Source: Elusimicrobiota bacterium (GTDB lineage Bacteria > Elusimicrobiota > Elusimicrobia > F11). Taken from it: a DNA stretch of 64,000 nucleotides. Of this stretch, positions 32,749-43,541 are shown one piece after another; the stretch's first letter is position 1; each line of letters begins with the position of its first letter. The notes beneath the pieces were generated by a model, which saw nothing but the letters and a program-made list of their open reading frames with translations, ran no database searches and was not told the origin of the DNA. A program made the position numbers and the translations under genes. The stretch is taken from positions 116,947-180,946 of the forward strand of contig JBJXGI010000042.1 in NCBI GenBank assembly GCA_046153645.1, read 5' to 3'.

Positions 32749-33867
32749 ATGTCCGTCGAACAACTTGCCCTTATCTTTCTTTTTTCTTTAGGCATTATTA
32801 CAGTGGCCTTTTTAGTTTGGTTTATTAAACAAGGTCGTGATGAGTCGCGTCATCAAGTAGAAGATATTACCCGCCAAATTCTAGACGCGCAAAAAAATAA
32901 TCAATCTATGGAAATTTTGCAACGAGAAATGATTGGTCTTCGTGATCAACTGGCTAAAAGTGTTCAAGAATCGGCCGCGCTCATGGTCAATTCGCAAAAG
33001 TCAGTGGGAGAAAGGCTTGACCGGGCAGCTGAAGTGGTAGGAAAAGTTCAAAAATCATTGGGCGCGTTAGACCAGGCCACGCAACAAGTATTTATGGTGG
33101 GTAAAGATATTGCGCAGTTACAAGAAATTTTGCGAGCACCCAAAGTACGAGGAACTCTCGGTGAACTTTTTTTATCTGATTTATTGGGGCAGATTTTGCC
33201 CGCAACTAATTTTACGCTTCAACACACCTTTAAAACGGGGGAAACAGTTGATGCGATTGTCAGACTTGGAAGCCAATTTGTTCCCGTGGACTCTAAGTTT
33301 CCTTTGGAAAACTTTAAACGCCTTCTTCAATCACAAGACCCGCAAGAAAAAACCATGGCGCGCAAAAAATTTATTTCAGATGTTAAAAAGCATATTGATT
33401 CGATTGCTTCCAAGTATATTCTTCCTGATGAGGGGACTTTTGATTTCGCGCTCATGTATATTCCCGCCGAAAACGTTTACTATGAAACCATTATTAAAGA
33501 TGATGCCACCGGTGACGATTCTTCTCTCATGACTTATGCGTTTTCAAAACGAGTCATGCCAGTTTCTCCCAATTCTTTTTATGCCTATCTTCATACCATT
33601 AGCTTGGGACTTAGAGGAATGAAAATAGAAGAAAATGCCCGTCACGTGATGGACCATTTAGACCGCTTGCGTGGTGATTTTGGTCGCTTCAAAGAAGATT
33701 TTTCTTTGATTGGAAAACATTTGAGTAACTCGCGCTCCAAGTATGAAGACGCTGAAAAAAGATTATATAGATTAGAAGATAAACTTTCTTTGCCTGGAAG
33801 TTCACCTGTTGAGCCTGTACTCAGCAGCGCGCAAGATACCATTGATCAATTAAAGTTGGGGTCATAA
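32749..33867 (+). CDS. rmuC: DNA recombination protein RmuC
   Basis: N-terminal TM and coiled coil; PKVRGTLGE; VDSKFPLE; KYILP.EGTFDFALMYIPAE; VSPNS. Confidence 0.93.
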   Translation: MSVEQLALIFLFSLGIITVAFLVWFIKQGRDESRHQVEDITRQILDAQKNNQSMEILQREMIGLRDQLAKSVQESAALMVNSQKSVGERLDRAAEVVGKVQKSLGALDQATQQVFMVGKDIAQLQEILRAPKVRGTLGELFLSDLLGQILPATNFTLQHTFKTGETVDAIVRLGSQFVPVDSKFPLENFKRLLQSQDPQEKTMARKKFISDVKKHIDSIASKYILPDEGTFDFALMYIPAENVYYETIIKDDATGDDSSLMTYAFSKRVMPVSPNSFYAYLHTISLGLRGMKIEENARHVMDHLDRLRGDFGRFKEDFSLIGKHLSNSRSKYEDAEKRLYRLEDKLSLPGSSPVEPVLSSAQDTIDQLKLGS

Positions 33868-34223
33868 TGAATTGGTTTATGTGGGGATGTTTTCAGCTGG
33901 CGCTTGCAGTTATATTGGGCGCTTTTGGAGCTCACGGCCTTAAAAATAAAGTAACTCCTGAATTATTGGTGATATTTGAAACAGGAAACCGGTATCATTT
34001 TTACCATGGTTTTGCTTTATTAGTGACAGGGATTTTAAGTTTTATTAAAAATGGAACGCAAATCAACACAGCTGGAATTTTGTTTACGATTGGAATACTC
34101 ATTTTTAGCGGCTCTCTTTATTTATTAACACTCACCGGCGTTCGTTGGTTGGGAGCCATTACTCCGATAGGGGGGTTGTCTTTTATTGTTGGCTGGATTT
34201 TTCTCGCAATAGCGGCTCGTTAA
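33867..34223 (+). CDS. DUF423 (TMEM256/YgdD-like) membrane protein
   Basis: LGAFGAHGL; YHFYHG; IFSGSLY; LGAITPIGG. Confidence 0.9.
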   Translation: MNWFMWGCFQLALAVILGAFGAHGLKNKVTPELLVIFETGNRYHFYHGFALLVTGILSFIKNGTQINTAGILFTIGILIFSGSLYLLTLTGVRWLGAITPIGGLSFIVGWIFLAIAAR

Positions 34224-34803
34224 CTAATTTCACTTCCATTGTTTTATCTTTCCAAAGTCCCCGTTTCTCTTTCCTGGCTTCTTGCTCTAATTTTCTAAAG
34301 GGCTCTAAATATTTGTAAGGGTATCGACTAAACGCTCTCGCGTAACCTGCCTCGATAATAAGTGCATTTAAAAACCCTTTTTCATAAGAGTCGCGTTCAC
34401 AAACTTCTTCGGCTAATTCAAAGTCTAAATTCCCACAGTCTTTTGGTTCAAAATAAACATAAGCCAGGATTCGACCATGACGATCTTTATGACCGGTGAC
34501 TTTATTGGCCACTTCATATTCGAGTCGTATACTTTTACCTTGGACCAATTTTTTAACAAATTCAGAAGATTTTCTTCCTAAAGATTGAATTACTTGAACG
34601 TCCCGACGTGTGCGCGCGGCATCTTGATTTAATTTCTCAGAAGGGTGAACTTCAGGAGTATCGATTCCAATCAGTCGAACACGTGTGTTGTTGGTTAAAA
34701 GAAGAGTGTCACCATCGATGACGCGTTTAACACGGACGGTTGTTTCACCGTAAGCGATATATGAAAAAAATAAACAACCAATGAGAACGAGGGGTTTTCT
34801 CAT
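34183..34803 (-). CDS. Secreted thermonuclease (SNase family), catalytic residues intact
   Basis: Signal peptide; VIDGDT; RLIGIDTPE; DRHGRILAYV; ARKEKRGLW. Confidence 0.92.
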   Translation of the reverse strand: MRKPLVLIGCLFFSYIAYGETTVRVKRVIDGDTLLLTNNTRVRLIGIDTPEVHPSEKLNQDAARTRRDVQVIQSLGRKSSEFVKKLVQGKSIRLEYEVANKVTGHKDRHGRILAYVYFEPKDCGNLDFELAEEVCERDSYEKGFLNALIIEAGYARAFSRYPYKYLEPFRKLEQEARKEKRGLWKDKTMEVKLVNEPLLREKSSQQ

Positions 34804-34865
34804 GGAGAGAGTTTATATTTTATCTACTTGTATTTTTCTGAAAATTAACTGATGATTAATATCAA

Positions 34866-34929
34866 TCGTCATCCCCGAAATTTTCTATCGGGGATCTAGA
34901 TTCCCGATAACAACATTCGGGAATGACGA
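34866..34929. repeat. CGTC-type composite palindromic repeat (REP-like), copy 1
   Basis: tcgtcatccccga-aattttcta-tcggggatct-agattcccga-taacaacat-tcgggaatgacga: two hairpins in inverted orientation. A related copy is at 58826. Confidence 0.8.
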
Positions 34930-34948
34930 CTGTCGGGAGGAGTTTAAT

Positions 34949-35512
34949 ATGATCCCAGTTTTAATTTTAGGCTTTATCGTCGTAGGTGTTGTTCTTTATT
35001 TAACAACCATTTATAACAGTTTGGTTGCGGTTAAAAATGATGTTCAAAAAGCGTGGGCGAACATTGATGTGTTGCTTAAACAACGCCATGACGAGTTACC
35101 CAAACTCATTAAAACGTGCGAAACCTATATGCAATATGAACAAGATACACTGAAGAAAGTCATTGAACTTCGTTCAAAAGCGATGGGTGCTGGGTCTGTG
35201 GGTCAAAAAGCTTTAATAGAAGGGGAACTCACTCAAACACTCGGAAAAATATTCGCCTTGGCAGAAAATTACCCCAATTTAAAGGCCGAAGGAACATTCC
35301 AAAATCTCCAAACCAGAATTTCAGGATTGGAAAATCAAATTGCCGATCGGAGAGAATTTTATAACGAAAGTGTTAACAACTATAACATTCGAATCCAGTC
35401 AATTCCTGATATGTTTGTGGCCGGTTTCATGCAATTAAAGGCGATGGAAATTTTTAAAGTTTCTGAGTCAGACCGGGAAGACGTATCGGTTGATATGAAA
35501 CTACCCTCTTAA
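34949..35512 (+). CDS. lemA: LemA-family protein
   Basis: YNSLV; AWANIDVLLKQRHD; ALAENYPNLKA; ENQIADRREFYNESV. Confidence 0.93.
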   Translation: MIPVLILGFIVVGVVLYLTTIYNSLVAVKNDVQKAWANIDVLLKQRHDELPKLIKTCETYMQYEQDTLKKVIELRSKAMGAGSVGQKALIEGELTQTLGKIFALAENYPNLKAEGTFQNLQTRISGLENQIADRREFYNESVNNYNIRIQSIPDMFVAGFMQLKAMEIFKVSESDREDVSVDMKLPS

Positions 35513-35527
35513 AAATTAATTCTTTCC

Positions 35528-36421
35528 ATGCAAAATTTTATTTTTGGCAGTATTTTTTGCATAGTGGGTTTGGGTCTTTTTTTCTTCGGATTCAAACGAT
35601 TGGCCTTGGTTCGCCGAATTCAAACAATGGCGACTTCAAAAAATAGATCTGTTGCTATGGGTTTTGTGGAAGTTTTTGGCTTAGCTAAATCACAATATAA
35701 ACTTCTTGATCCTATTTATAATAATCCCTGTGTTTATTATTCAGTTAAAGTAGAAGAGAGACGTTCCAGCGGAAAAAACAGTCATTGGGTCACTATTTAT
35801 CAAGACAATTCAGCAGGGTTTTCGTTTGCAGTTGAAGATGCCTCCGGACTTGTTGAAGTTTTTCCTAAAGATGCTGAGTTACAACTCTCCTCAAAAATTA
35901 CTTGTACATCTTCTTTTGGGTTCGGCAGTTCTCCCGAAGATTTATTCTTAAAAAAATGGAAGGGATTAAACACAGTACAGTTAACCGCTTACATAATTCG
36001 ACTGGGAGATCCTGTTTTTATTATCGGCCATGTGGGATTAAATAATAAACAAATGGTTTATCCCATTACCATTGCCGATGCTGCGCGTGATTTAAAGAGT
36101 GATGCCCAAGCCATGAAGAAAGCAGATGGAAATCAAGACGGAACAATTGATTCAAGCGAATGGGATCATGCTATTCAGGAAAAGAAAAAAGAAATGGAAT
36201 TTAATCAGAATAAAAAAAACATTTCTGATCCTCAAATTCCTGCTATTCGAAAAGAAAAATCAGAACCTTTTATTATTGGAAACAATCAGGAAGATGTGGT
36301 TAAAAAATTATATTGGTCCGCCATTATCATGATGATTGTCGGACCTATTTTTTTTATTTCAGGATTTATGGTGCTTGTAGTAAAAACAGGAAAAGTGGCA
36401 ACTCAAATATATTTTGGCTAG
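35528..36421 (+). CDS. GIDE-domain (MUL1/SP1-like) two-TM protein with an EF-hand loop
   Basis: N- and C-terminal TMs; TSK.RS.AMG.VEV.G; CVYY; F.VEDASG; canonical EF loop DGNQDGTIDSSE. Confidence 0.7.
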   Translation: MQNFIFGSIFCIVGLGLFFFGFKRLALVRRIQTMATSKNRSVAMGFVEVFGLAKSQYKLLDPIYNNPCVYYSVKVEERRSSGKNSHWVTIYQDNSAGFSFAVEDASGLVEVFPKDAELQLSSKITCTSSFGFGSSPEDLFLKKWKGLNTVQLTAYIIRLGDPVFIIGHVGLNNKQMVYPITIADAARDLKSDAQAMKKADGNQDGTIDSSEWDHAIQEKKKEMEFNQNKKNISDPQIPAIRKEKSEPFIIGNNQEDVVKKLYWSAIIMMIVGPIFFISGFMVLVVKTGKVATQIYFG

Positions 36422-36423
36422 CT

Positions 36424-37896
36424 CTATCTTCTTCTAGCGCCCCCACCAAAAATAGATCCCAATACACCTCTAATAATTTGACGCCCCACTTGACTGGCAG
36501 CCGCCCTGGCTGCGCTTTTGGCCATGGCTTCTAAAATGGAATCACTCGATCGGCCACCACCAAAAGATCTCTGCGCAGGGGCTGATGGAACTGCCACTTG
36601 AGCTTGAGCGGTTGTTTCTTCAACTTTCTTTTTTAGAACTTCAAATGCAGATTCTCTGTCCACTTGTTTTTCATAGTGGCCATAAATAATCGAACTTTGA
36701 ATGATTTTAATTCGTTGATCCGAGGTAATAGCACCAATTTGGCTTTGTGGAGGAAAAATCCACGCTCTTTCAACAGGAGTCGGGGCTCCTTTTTCATCTA
36801 AGAAAGAAACGAGTGCTTCTCCTGTGGCGAGTTCCGTAATGGCTTTTTCGACGTCAAGACCAGGGCTGGCTCTAAAAGTTTGAGCAGCTGTTTTTACAGC
36901 CTTTTGATCAAGTGGGGTAAAAGCGCGGAGTGCGTGTTGAACGCGGTTTCCCAATTGGCCCAAAATTGTCTCAGGAACATCGAGAGGGTTTTGAGTAATA
37001 AAATAAATGCCCACGCCTTTGGATCTCACCAATCGAACCACTTGTTCAATTTTTTCTAAAAGTGCTTTGGGTGCATCAGAAAAAAGGAGATGTGCCTCAT
37101 CAAAGAAAAAAACTAATTTTGGTTTTTCTAAATCGCCCGCTTCAGGAAGTTGTTCAAAAAGCTCAGATAAAAGCCACAAGAGTAAAGTTGAATACACTCT
37201 TGGAGAAAGCAGCAATTTGTCTGAAGCTAAGATATTAACAATTCCTTTTCCGTCGGAAGAAGTTTGAATAAAATCATCTAATGAAAGGGCGGGCTCCCCA
37301 AAAAATTTATTTCCACCTTGTTCGTCAAGTGTAAGAAGACCTCTTTGAATGGCCCCAATACTGGCGGTAGAAACATTTCCATAGGTCGTGGTTAAAGTGG
37401 AGGAGTTATCTCCAACATATTTCACCAAGGCTTGCAAATCTTTAAGATCGAGTAATAACAACCCTTGGTCATCAGCAACTTTAAAAATAATATTTAATAC
37501 ACCTGATTGAACGTCGTTTAAATTTAAAAGCCGACTGAAAAGTACAGGGCCCATTTCAGAAACGGTTGTTCGTACGGGATGTCCTTGTTCACCAAACACA
37601 TCCCAAAACATAACAGGGAATGGTCTGAAATGAGGTTCTGGGAGCTGATATTTCAAAATCCTTTCCTCTAATTTAGGAGTTTTTACGCCAGTTTGAGATA
37701 AACCCGATAAATCCCCTTTCACGTCGGCCATAAAAACAGGAATACCCATTTGGCTGAATTGTTCAGCCAAAACTTGAAGTGTAACTGTTTTACCAGTACC
37801 AGTGGCACCGGTAATAAGTCCATGGCGGTTAGCCATGTTAGGCAAAAGACCTAAAACATTTTTACTTTTAGCGACGGAAAGGAAATTTAAGGGCAT
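36424..37896 (-). CDS. yjgR: DUF853/YjgR HerA-like ATPase
   Basis: [44 protein letters not shown]. Confidence 0.92.
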   Translation of the reverse strand: MPLNFLSVAKSKNVLGLLPNMANRHGLITGATGTGKTVTLQVLAEQFSQMGIPVFMADVKGDLSGLSQTGVKTPKLEERILKYQLPEPHFRPFPVMFWDVFGEQGHPVRTTVSEMGPVLFSRLLNLNDVQSGVLNIIFKVADDQGLLLLDLKDLQALVKYVGDNSSTLTTTYGNVSTASIGAIQRGLLTLDEQGGNKFFGEPALSLDDFIQTSSDGKGIVNILASDKLLLSPRVYSTLLLWLLSELFEQLPEAGDLEKPKLVFFFDEAHLLFSDAPKALLEKIEQVVRLVRSKGVGIYFITQNPLDVPETILGQLGNRVQHALRAFTPLDQKAVKTAAQTFRASPGLDVEKAITELATGEALVSFLDEKGAPTPVERAWIFPPQSQIGAITSDQRIKIIQSSIIYGHYEKQVDRESAFEVLKKKVEETTAQAQVAVPSAPAQRSFGGGRSSDSILEAMAKSAARAAASQVGRQIIRGVLGSIFGGGARRR

Positions 37897-37908
37897 AATA
37901 AACTTTAA

Positions 37909-38250
37909 TTAACTTTTGAATTGGCTAATAATTTTAGGGAGAAGAGTAACTAATTTTCCAGTAACGTCTTCAGAAGAAAGACCTAGTTTTCCAATGGCAC
38001 TTTGGAGAAGGGGATGTTGAATGAGTTTCCCAATTTGGTCAGGGCTAAAAGATATCTGTCCTGCTTGATTTTGAAGTGAGTTGGCAATATTTCCCAAACC
38101 TTGTTCTTGAAACATTTTAATAAGACCACTCAATCCACCTTGTTGTTGAATAAAACCTTTGATTAAAGTTTCAATTCCTGCATCTGATCCGCCAATGGCT
38201 GAACCCAATTTTGACATTGCCGCATCTTTTAATGAATCCATAAGTCCCAT
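37909..38250 (-). CDS. YidB/DUF937-like small helical protein
   Basis: MGLMD start; GGLSGLI..F...GLG; LLPKII. Confidence 0.7.
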   Translation of the reverse strand: MGLMDSLKDAAMSKLGSAIGGSDAGIETLIKGFIQQQGGLSGLIKMFQEQGLGNIANSLQNQAGQISFSPDQIGKLIQHPLLQSAIGKLGLSSEDVTGKLVTLLPKIISQFKS

Positions 38251-38373
38251 AAGTCACCTCTCGTGATTAATTTTACTGACGGTATTTTACTTTAAAAGGT
38301 CAGATTGAAAAGGGGGTATTTTTTGTGGATTTTTAAAGTAAAAAAGGTACAATTCCGTCGCGGTTTTCCTTTT

Positions 38374-38449
38374 GCCCCCATCGTCTAGTGGCCTAGGACA
38401 TCAGATTCTCAATCTGGTAACCGGGGTTCGATTCCCCGTGGGGGCGCCA
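38374..38449 (+). tRNA. tRNA-Glu (anticodon CTC)
   Basis: Acceptor stem GCCCCCA/TGGGGGC; D-arm GTCTAGTGGCCTAGGAC; anticodon arm TCAGA-TTCTCAA-TCTGG; T-loop GGTTCGATTCC; encoded CCA; 76 nt. Confidence 0.96.
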
Positions 38450-38464
38450 AATAATATTGTCAGA

Positions 38465-39121
38465 TTAAGAACCCCGATTTTTTATATCAGGCACTTCCCA
38501 AACTCGAATCCCATTCGGAGGATTTTGGATCGAAAAAACAATATTTTGAACTATTTCTTTTAAGCTCACAAATTCAAATCTTCCTATTCGTTTTTTCAGT
38601 GGCGGAAAAATTTTCACTAATTGATAGAAAGGAATAAGAACTGAAGGCCAATAATGTTCCGGGCCTAAAACATACCAGGGTCTCAAAATGGTGGCGTTGA
38701 TGCCAGACAATTGGATTTCTTGTTCAACACGCGAACGAACTCGAATATAATCTTTCATTATGGGCGCTGGCTGAGCTACACTTAAATAAATGAAATGACT
38801 TGTCTTTTTTTGAGTGGCGGCTTTAACTGATTCGAGTCCAGATACAAGGTCTATTGATTCAAATAAATCTTTTTTATGAGGGCCAGGGTGTGGTGTTCCA
38901 ATGAGTTGAATAAAAACGCTATTTTCAGGAATCAGATGTTGAAAAGTTTCTGCTTTAAGCGCATCGCCAAAAACAATATTTGTCTTTTTTTGGATTTTAT
39001 TTTCCGAACCTTTCCTGCAGAGAACTGTAATTGAATAATTTGATTTTGACAATTCTTCAATAAGGGCTTTTCCAATGTAGCCGCTTCCACCAGTAATAAA
39101 GATACTTTTTATTTCATTCAT
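38465..39121 (-). CDS. NAD(P)-binding atypical SDR / epimerase-family protein
   Basis: IFITGGSGYIG; FIYLS; ATILRPWYVLG. Confidence 0.85.
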   Translation of the reverse strand: MNEIKSIFITGGSGYIGKALIEELSKSNYSITVLCRKGSENKIQKKTNIVFGDALKAETFQHLIPENSVFIQLIGTPHPGPHKKDLFESIDLVSGLESVKAATQKKTSHFIYLSVAQPAPIMKDYIRVRSRVEQEIQLSGINATILRPWYVLGPEHYWPSVLIPFYQLVKIFPPLKKRIGRFEFVSLKEIVQNIVFSIQNPPNGIRVWEVPDIKNRGS

Positions 39122-39173
39122 TTCAAAATAAATAATAGCGTTTAATTATGAAGATGTGCTAGAAAGAGTTTCC

Positions 39174-40610
39174 ATGTTATTTCATTCTTTTACTTATTTT
39201 ATTTTTTTACCATTTGTTGTTATCACCTATCATCTCCTCCCAGCTCGTTTCCGTTGGATTTTATTATTGGCAGCCAGCTATTACTTTTACATGTGTTGGA
39301 AGCCTATTTATGCGACGCTCATTTTATTTTCAACCTCAATAGATTTTTTTACTGGTTTAAAAATGGACGCGTGTGAAAAAAAATCCGACAAAAAACCCTG
39401 GTTGATGTTAAGTCTCATTTCAAATTTATTGCTGTTGTTTGTTTATAAATACACTGATTTCTTTTCCACCTCGTTTAATCAGCTATTTCAAGTTGTTCAT
39501 TTACCCTTCCAATTTCCAGTTCCTCATTGGTTATTGCCGGTGGGAATTTCTTTTTACACTTTTCAATCTTTAAGTTACACCATTGATGTTTATAGAGGGA
39601 ATCAAAAAGCTGAGCCTCATTTTGGAAAATTTGCACTCTTTGTTTCTTTTTTCCCTCAATTGGTGGCGGGTCCCATTGAAAGATCAACTGATTTAATGCC
39701 TCAAATTCATGGAGATCGAAATACGAATCCAGAACGGATTGCCAGAGGAGTAAGATTAATTTTGTGGGGATTTTTTAAAAAACTGGTTGTGGCTGATCGG
39801 TTGTCTCCTTTTGTTGATAGTGTTTATAACAATATGGGTGCGCATAGTGGATTAACCATCTTGATGGCCACTTACGCTTTCGCTTTCCAAATTTATGGAG
39901 ATTTTTCTGGTTATTCTGATATAGCCAAAGGTTCTGCCCAACTTCTCGGGATTGATCTGATGGAGAACTTTAAGACACCTTATTTTTCAACTTCTATTGT
40001 CGATTACTGGAGAAGATGGCATGTTTCACTTTCAACATGGTTTCGAGACTATGTTTATTATCCTTTGGGTGGAAATAAACAAGGGCCTAAAATATGGGCA
40101 CGTAATATTCTTATTGTTTTTATCATCAGTGGTTTATGGCATGGAGCCGCTTGGGTGTTTGTTTTTTGGGGTGTCTATCATGGGGTTTTATTATTGACGA
40201 CTCACTTCTTTTCAAAGTTGGTTGAAAAATATTATCCGGGTTTTAATTCTTTAAAAGAAACTCTTTCGTTTAAGTTAATGTCGATTGTTGTCACGTTTCA
40301 TTTGGTATGTTTTGGTTGGGTTTTTTTTAGGTCTTCTTCACTGGGACAGATAAGGCTATTTCTAAGCCGACTTTCACAAATGAATTGGACATTTCAGTTT
40401 GATAGTAATTTTTCAAAATCTGACTGTCTGGTTGCTATCGCAGCGCTTTTGGCATGGGTTTTAGTTGAAGCAACACAACAGAAAAAAATGCCCTTGTCGT
40501 GGATGCAACTGCCCAAGGTTTTTCGTTGGTCGTTTTTATATGTGCTTTTTTTCAGCATTATTGTTTTAGGCGTTATTGGCGCTAAACCTTTTATTTATTT
40601 TCAATTTTAA
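39174..40610 (+). CDS. MBOAT O-acyltransferase (AlgI/PatA-like)
   Basis: LPVGISFYTFQ; FFPQLVAGPIER; QIYGDFSGYSD; WRRWHVSLS; SGLWHGA. Confidence 0.93.
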   Translation: MLFHSFTYFIFLPFVVITYHLLPARFRWILLLAASYYFYMCWKPIYATLILFSTSIDFFTGLKMDACEKKSDKKPWLMLSLISNLLLLFVYKYTDFFSTSFNQLFQVVHLPFQFPVPHWLLPVGISFYTFQSLSYTIDVYRGNQKAEPHFGKFALFVSFFPQLVAGPIERSTDLMPQIHGDRNTNPERIARGVRLILWGFFKKLVVADRLSPFVDSVYNNMGAHSGLTILMATYAFAFQIYGDFSGYSDIAKGSAQLLGIDLMENFKTPYFSTSIVDYWRRWHVSLSTWFRDYVYYPLGGNKQGPKIWARNILIVFIISGLWHGAAWVFVFWGVYHGVLLLTTHFFSKLVEKYYPGFNSLKETLSFKLMSIVVTFHLVCFGWVFFRSSSLGQIRLFLSRLSQMNWTFQFDSNFSKSDCLVAIAALLAWVLVEATQQKKMPLSWMQLPKVFRWSFLYVLFFSIIVLGVIGAKPFIYFQF

Positions 40611-40611
40611 A

Positions 40612-41652
40612 ATGAAATACAAAAAATTTATTTTTAATGTCATCGTTTTCATATTTATTTTAATTCTAATTCATTCGGGACTGTCTTTTGTGGCGCTTAA
40701 AGCCGCTCAATCTTATAAACAAGGCGTGTTTGTTATCGGTCAAGCCAAACGGGAATGGATTAGAAAGCAGCAACCCAAATTTGAATTAGGGAAAATTAAA
40801 GTCGTATTTTTAGGTAATAGTATTATTTTGTCGGGAATTATTCCTGAAGAATTTGATCGCACCTTTTCAGGGAAAACCTCAACAATTAATTTGGCTTTAC
40901 CAGCCCTTCCGATTGGCCCTGGTTATTTTGCTTTAAAAGATTTAGTTGAAGCGGGTGAAAAGCCTGATGTGGTCGTTGTCCGATTGGTATTAGATAATAG
41001 TGACCAGCCTGGATTATTCGATTTTAATGTTATTCAGGGTCTCCGTTTTCCAGAAGAATTTTTATCTTATTTGATTCATAGGAAAAACCGAGCATTTGCC
41101 CTTAATTATTTGGTGCCTTTACGAATGTATACAAATGAAACAATTCGATTTCTAAAAAACGCTCTTTTTAATAGAGAGGATATTGTTTCAAGTAAAAAAC
41201 GGAATGAAACCGAAGCGAAAAAAATGATCAATGATCGAGGGTATTATTTTATTCGTGATCAAAATATTTTTCCAGAAGGGCGACTACCAGAAGGTTTTGA
41301 TATTTTAGATCCAAAGCAAATAAAGGCAATTGAACCAGGTAAATTTATATGGGGCCAAGATCCTTATTTAGAAAAGTTTTTGGAATATACTCAGAAAAAC
41401 GGAATTAAGGTTTTTTTAATTGGGTCTATTTATCGTGAGTTCACGACGGGGCTCTTTACTCAAAAGCCATCCAGTTGCATTGAGATTTCCAAAAAATACC
41501 CGCATGTGATGAGCGGAGAAAAAAGTTGGCAATCAAAATTTTTGGGGAATTATTATTTTTCTGATAGAGTTCATTTAAATAATGACGGAGCGAAAATTTA
41601 TACGAGGTGGGTGGCAGAAGATTTTGTGAATGAAGTACTCAATCAAAAGTAA
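40612..41652 (+). CDS. SGNH/DltD-like periplasmic partner of the MBOAT
   Basis: N-terminal TM; FLGNS (GxS); DRVH (DxxH); immediately downstream of the MBOAT. Confidence 0.72.
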   Translation: MKYKKFIFNVIVFIFILILIHSGLSFVALKAAQSYKQGVFVIGQAKREWIRKQQPKFELGKIKVVFLGNSIILSGIIPEEFDRTFSGKTSTINLALPALPIGPGYFALKDLVEAGEKPDVVVVRLVLDNSDQPGLFDFNVIQGLRFPEEFLSYLIHRKNRAFALNYLVPLRMYTNETIRFLKNALFNREDIVSSKKRNETEAKKMINDRGYYFIRDQNIFPEGRLPEGFDILDPKQIKAIEPGKFIWGQDPYLEKFLEYTQKNGIKVFLIGSIYREFTTGLFTQKPSSCIEISKKYPHVMSGEKSWQSKFLGNYYFSDRVHLNNDGAKIYTRWVAEDFVNEVLNQK

Positions 41653-41655
41653 AGT

Positions 41656-42558
41656 TTACATGTATCCTTCGCGGCGAAGTTCTTCTAAACCATGTTTGCC
41701 GTCTTGTAAACGACCAGAACGTTCAGCAATATTTTTTAATTTGCCACTTTTTAATTCTTCGATAACTTCTTCAATATTTTTAGCGGTGCTATCAATTGCG
41801 GCTTGGCACGGGGCGCAACCAAGGCTGCGATACCTTTTCCCATCGCCTTGATTGTAATAGAGGGAAACGGTAGGAATATTTTCTCTTTGAATATATTCCC
41901 AGATGTTTAATTCTGTCCAATCCAGTAACGGATGGATTCGAACATGAGTCCCTGGAGCAAAATCAGTCTTAAATTGATTCCAGAATTCAGGGGGTTGTTC
42001 TCCAACGTCCCATAAATTATTTTTATCTCGCGGTGAAAAATAACGTTCTTTAGAGCGGCTTCCTTCTTCATCAGCTCGAGCGCCCACGATGACGCCGTGG
42101 TAAGCTTCTTTATCTGGATCTAATTCATATTTCCCGGTTTTTAAATTAAGTTTTTTTCGCGGCCATGTGCCATTGAGTGTGTTGGTGAGCGCGTCTTTTT
42201 TTAACATCCCACAACATTGAACACGGGTAATCTTTTTAGGATCGCCGTCTGGCAAGTGTTGAGTGTCAGGAAAAGTTGTTTTGGCTTTTAAAGCCTCTAC
42301 ATTCTGACCCACAACCATAGTGAGTTTATATTCCATCGCTAATTTATCGCGATATTCAATCATTTCAGGCATCTTATAGCTGGTATCAATGTGGACGAGA
42401 GGAAATGGAGCATGGCCAAAAAATGCTTTTCTGGCTAACCACAAAAGAACAGTCGAATCTTTCCCAATAGACCATAACATACAAAGCCGTTCAAAATGTT
42501 TGAACGCTTCTCTAAATATATAAATGCTTTGTTGCTCTAATTGGTCTAATGTATTCAT
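41656..42558 (-). CDS. cysD: Sulfate adenylyltransferase subunit 2
   Basis: [48 protein letters not shown]. Confidence 0.93.
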   Translation of the reverse strand: MNTLDQLEQQSIYIFREAFKHFERLCMLWSIGKDSTVLLWLARKAFFGHAPFPLVHIDTSYKMPEMIEYRDKLAMEYKLTMVVGQNVEALKAKTTFPDTQHLPDGDPKKITRVQCCGMLKKDALTNTLNGTWPRKKLNLKTGKYELDPDKEAYHGVIVGARADEEGSRSKERYFSPRDKNNLWDVGEQPPEFWNQFKTDFAPGTHVRIHPLLDWTELNIWEYIQRENIPTVSLYYNQGDGKRYRSLGCAPCQAAIDSTAKNIEEVIEELKSGKLKNIAERSGRLQDGKHGLEELRREGYM

Positions 42559-42710
42559 AATTAATTTTATTATTTTTCTTTCAGCAGTGCTTCACTTTCA
42601 TTTCGCCAAATTTTAACGTCTTTTGAGTTAAAGCCTGAATGGATGAATCATTCGATATTAGTAATTTTTTGTTCCGAGAATATTTTTAAAGAAAAAAGTA
42701 TATTGAATAA

Positions 42711-43541
42711 GTGAAAAAAGCCCTCATTCTTTGCTTGTTATTCTTTTCTGCATGTGTCCCAACAAATTATTTTTATTATCCCAATAATAATTTACACGCA
42801 GATCCTGAAAAATTTGGACTCACCTATGAAATTATTGATTTTCCTTCTTTGAATGGTAAAAAATGTACCGGGCTCTTATTTCGAACCAAAGAAAAACCCA
42901 GAGGCATGGTGGTTCACTTACATGGAAACTATGGAAATGTGACTTATCATTTTTTTGGTGCTACGTTTCTACTTAAATATGGTTTTGATGTGTTAGTTAT
43001 TGATTATCAAGGATATGGAGGCTCTGAAGGCCGTCCAAGTCCTAAAAAGACAGTGGAAGACGGTATCGCAGCAGTGCGAAAGGCCTATTCCTTAAATAGA
43101 AGTGAGATGAGGGATGTGTTCATTTTTGGTCAGTCATTGGGAGCAGCGGTGGGAGCTCAAGTTGCGATGAGAGAACCTCTGGTAAAAGCCATTGTCATGG
43201 AAGCGGGGTTTTCTTCTTATCGCCAAATGGCTCGGCATGTTTTAAAAAAGAATGTAATTTTGTGGTTTTTATATCCGATTGCACCACTTTTCATTGGCTC
43301 CACATATGATCCGATAAAAGCAGTGGCCCATATTTCACCTAAGCCCATTTTTTTTATTCATGGCAATCAAGACAAAATTGTTCCAGTTCAAATGACCGAA
43401 AAACTTTATAAACAGGCCAAAGAGCCAAAAAAGATATTTATTGTATATGGGGCCGATCACCTTATGTGTTGGAAAGTATTGGGTCAGGAGTATCAGGAAA
43501 AAATTTCTGATTTCTTTCTAGAAAATATAACGATTCAGTGA
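42711..43541 (+). CDS. Alpha/beta hydrolase lipoprotein (YfhR/ABHD13-like)
   Basis: Lipobox FSAC; HGN; DYQGYGGSEG; GQSLG; HGNQDKIVP; GADH. Confidence 0.88.
   Translation: MKKALILCLLFFSACVPTNYFYYPNNNLHADPEKFGLTYEIIDFPSLNGKKCTGLLFRTKEKPRGMVVHLHGNYGNVTYHFFGATFLLKYGFDVLVIDYQGYGGSEGRPSPKKTVEDGIAAVRKAYSLNRSEMRDVFIFGQSLGAAVGAQVAMREPLVKAIVMEAGFSSYRQMARHVLKKNVILWFLYPIAPLFIGSTYDPIKAVAHISPKPIFFIHGNQDKIVPVQMTEKLYKQAKEPKKIFIVYGADHLMCWKVLGQEYQEKISDFFLENITIQ

Noticed and set aside
38372..38563. 63-aa ORF over the tRNA
   Set aside because: It is a spurious translation of tRNA-Glu and the antisense strand of the next gene.
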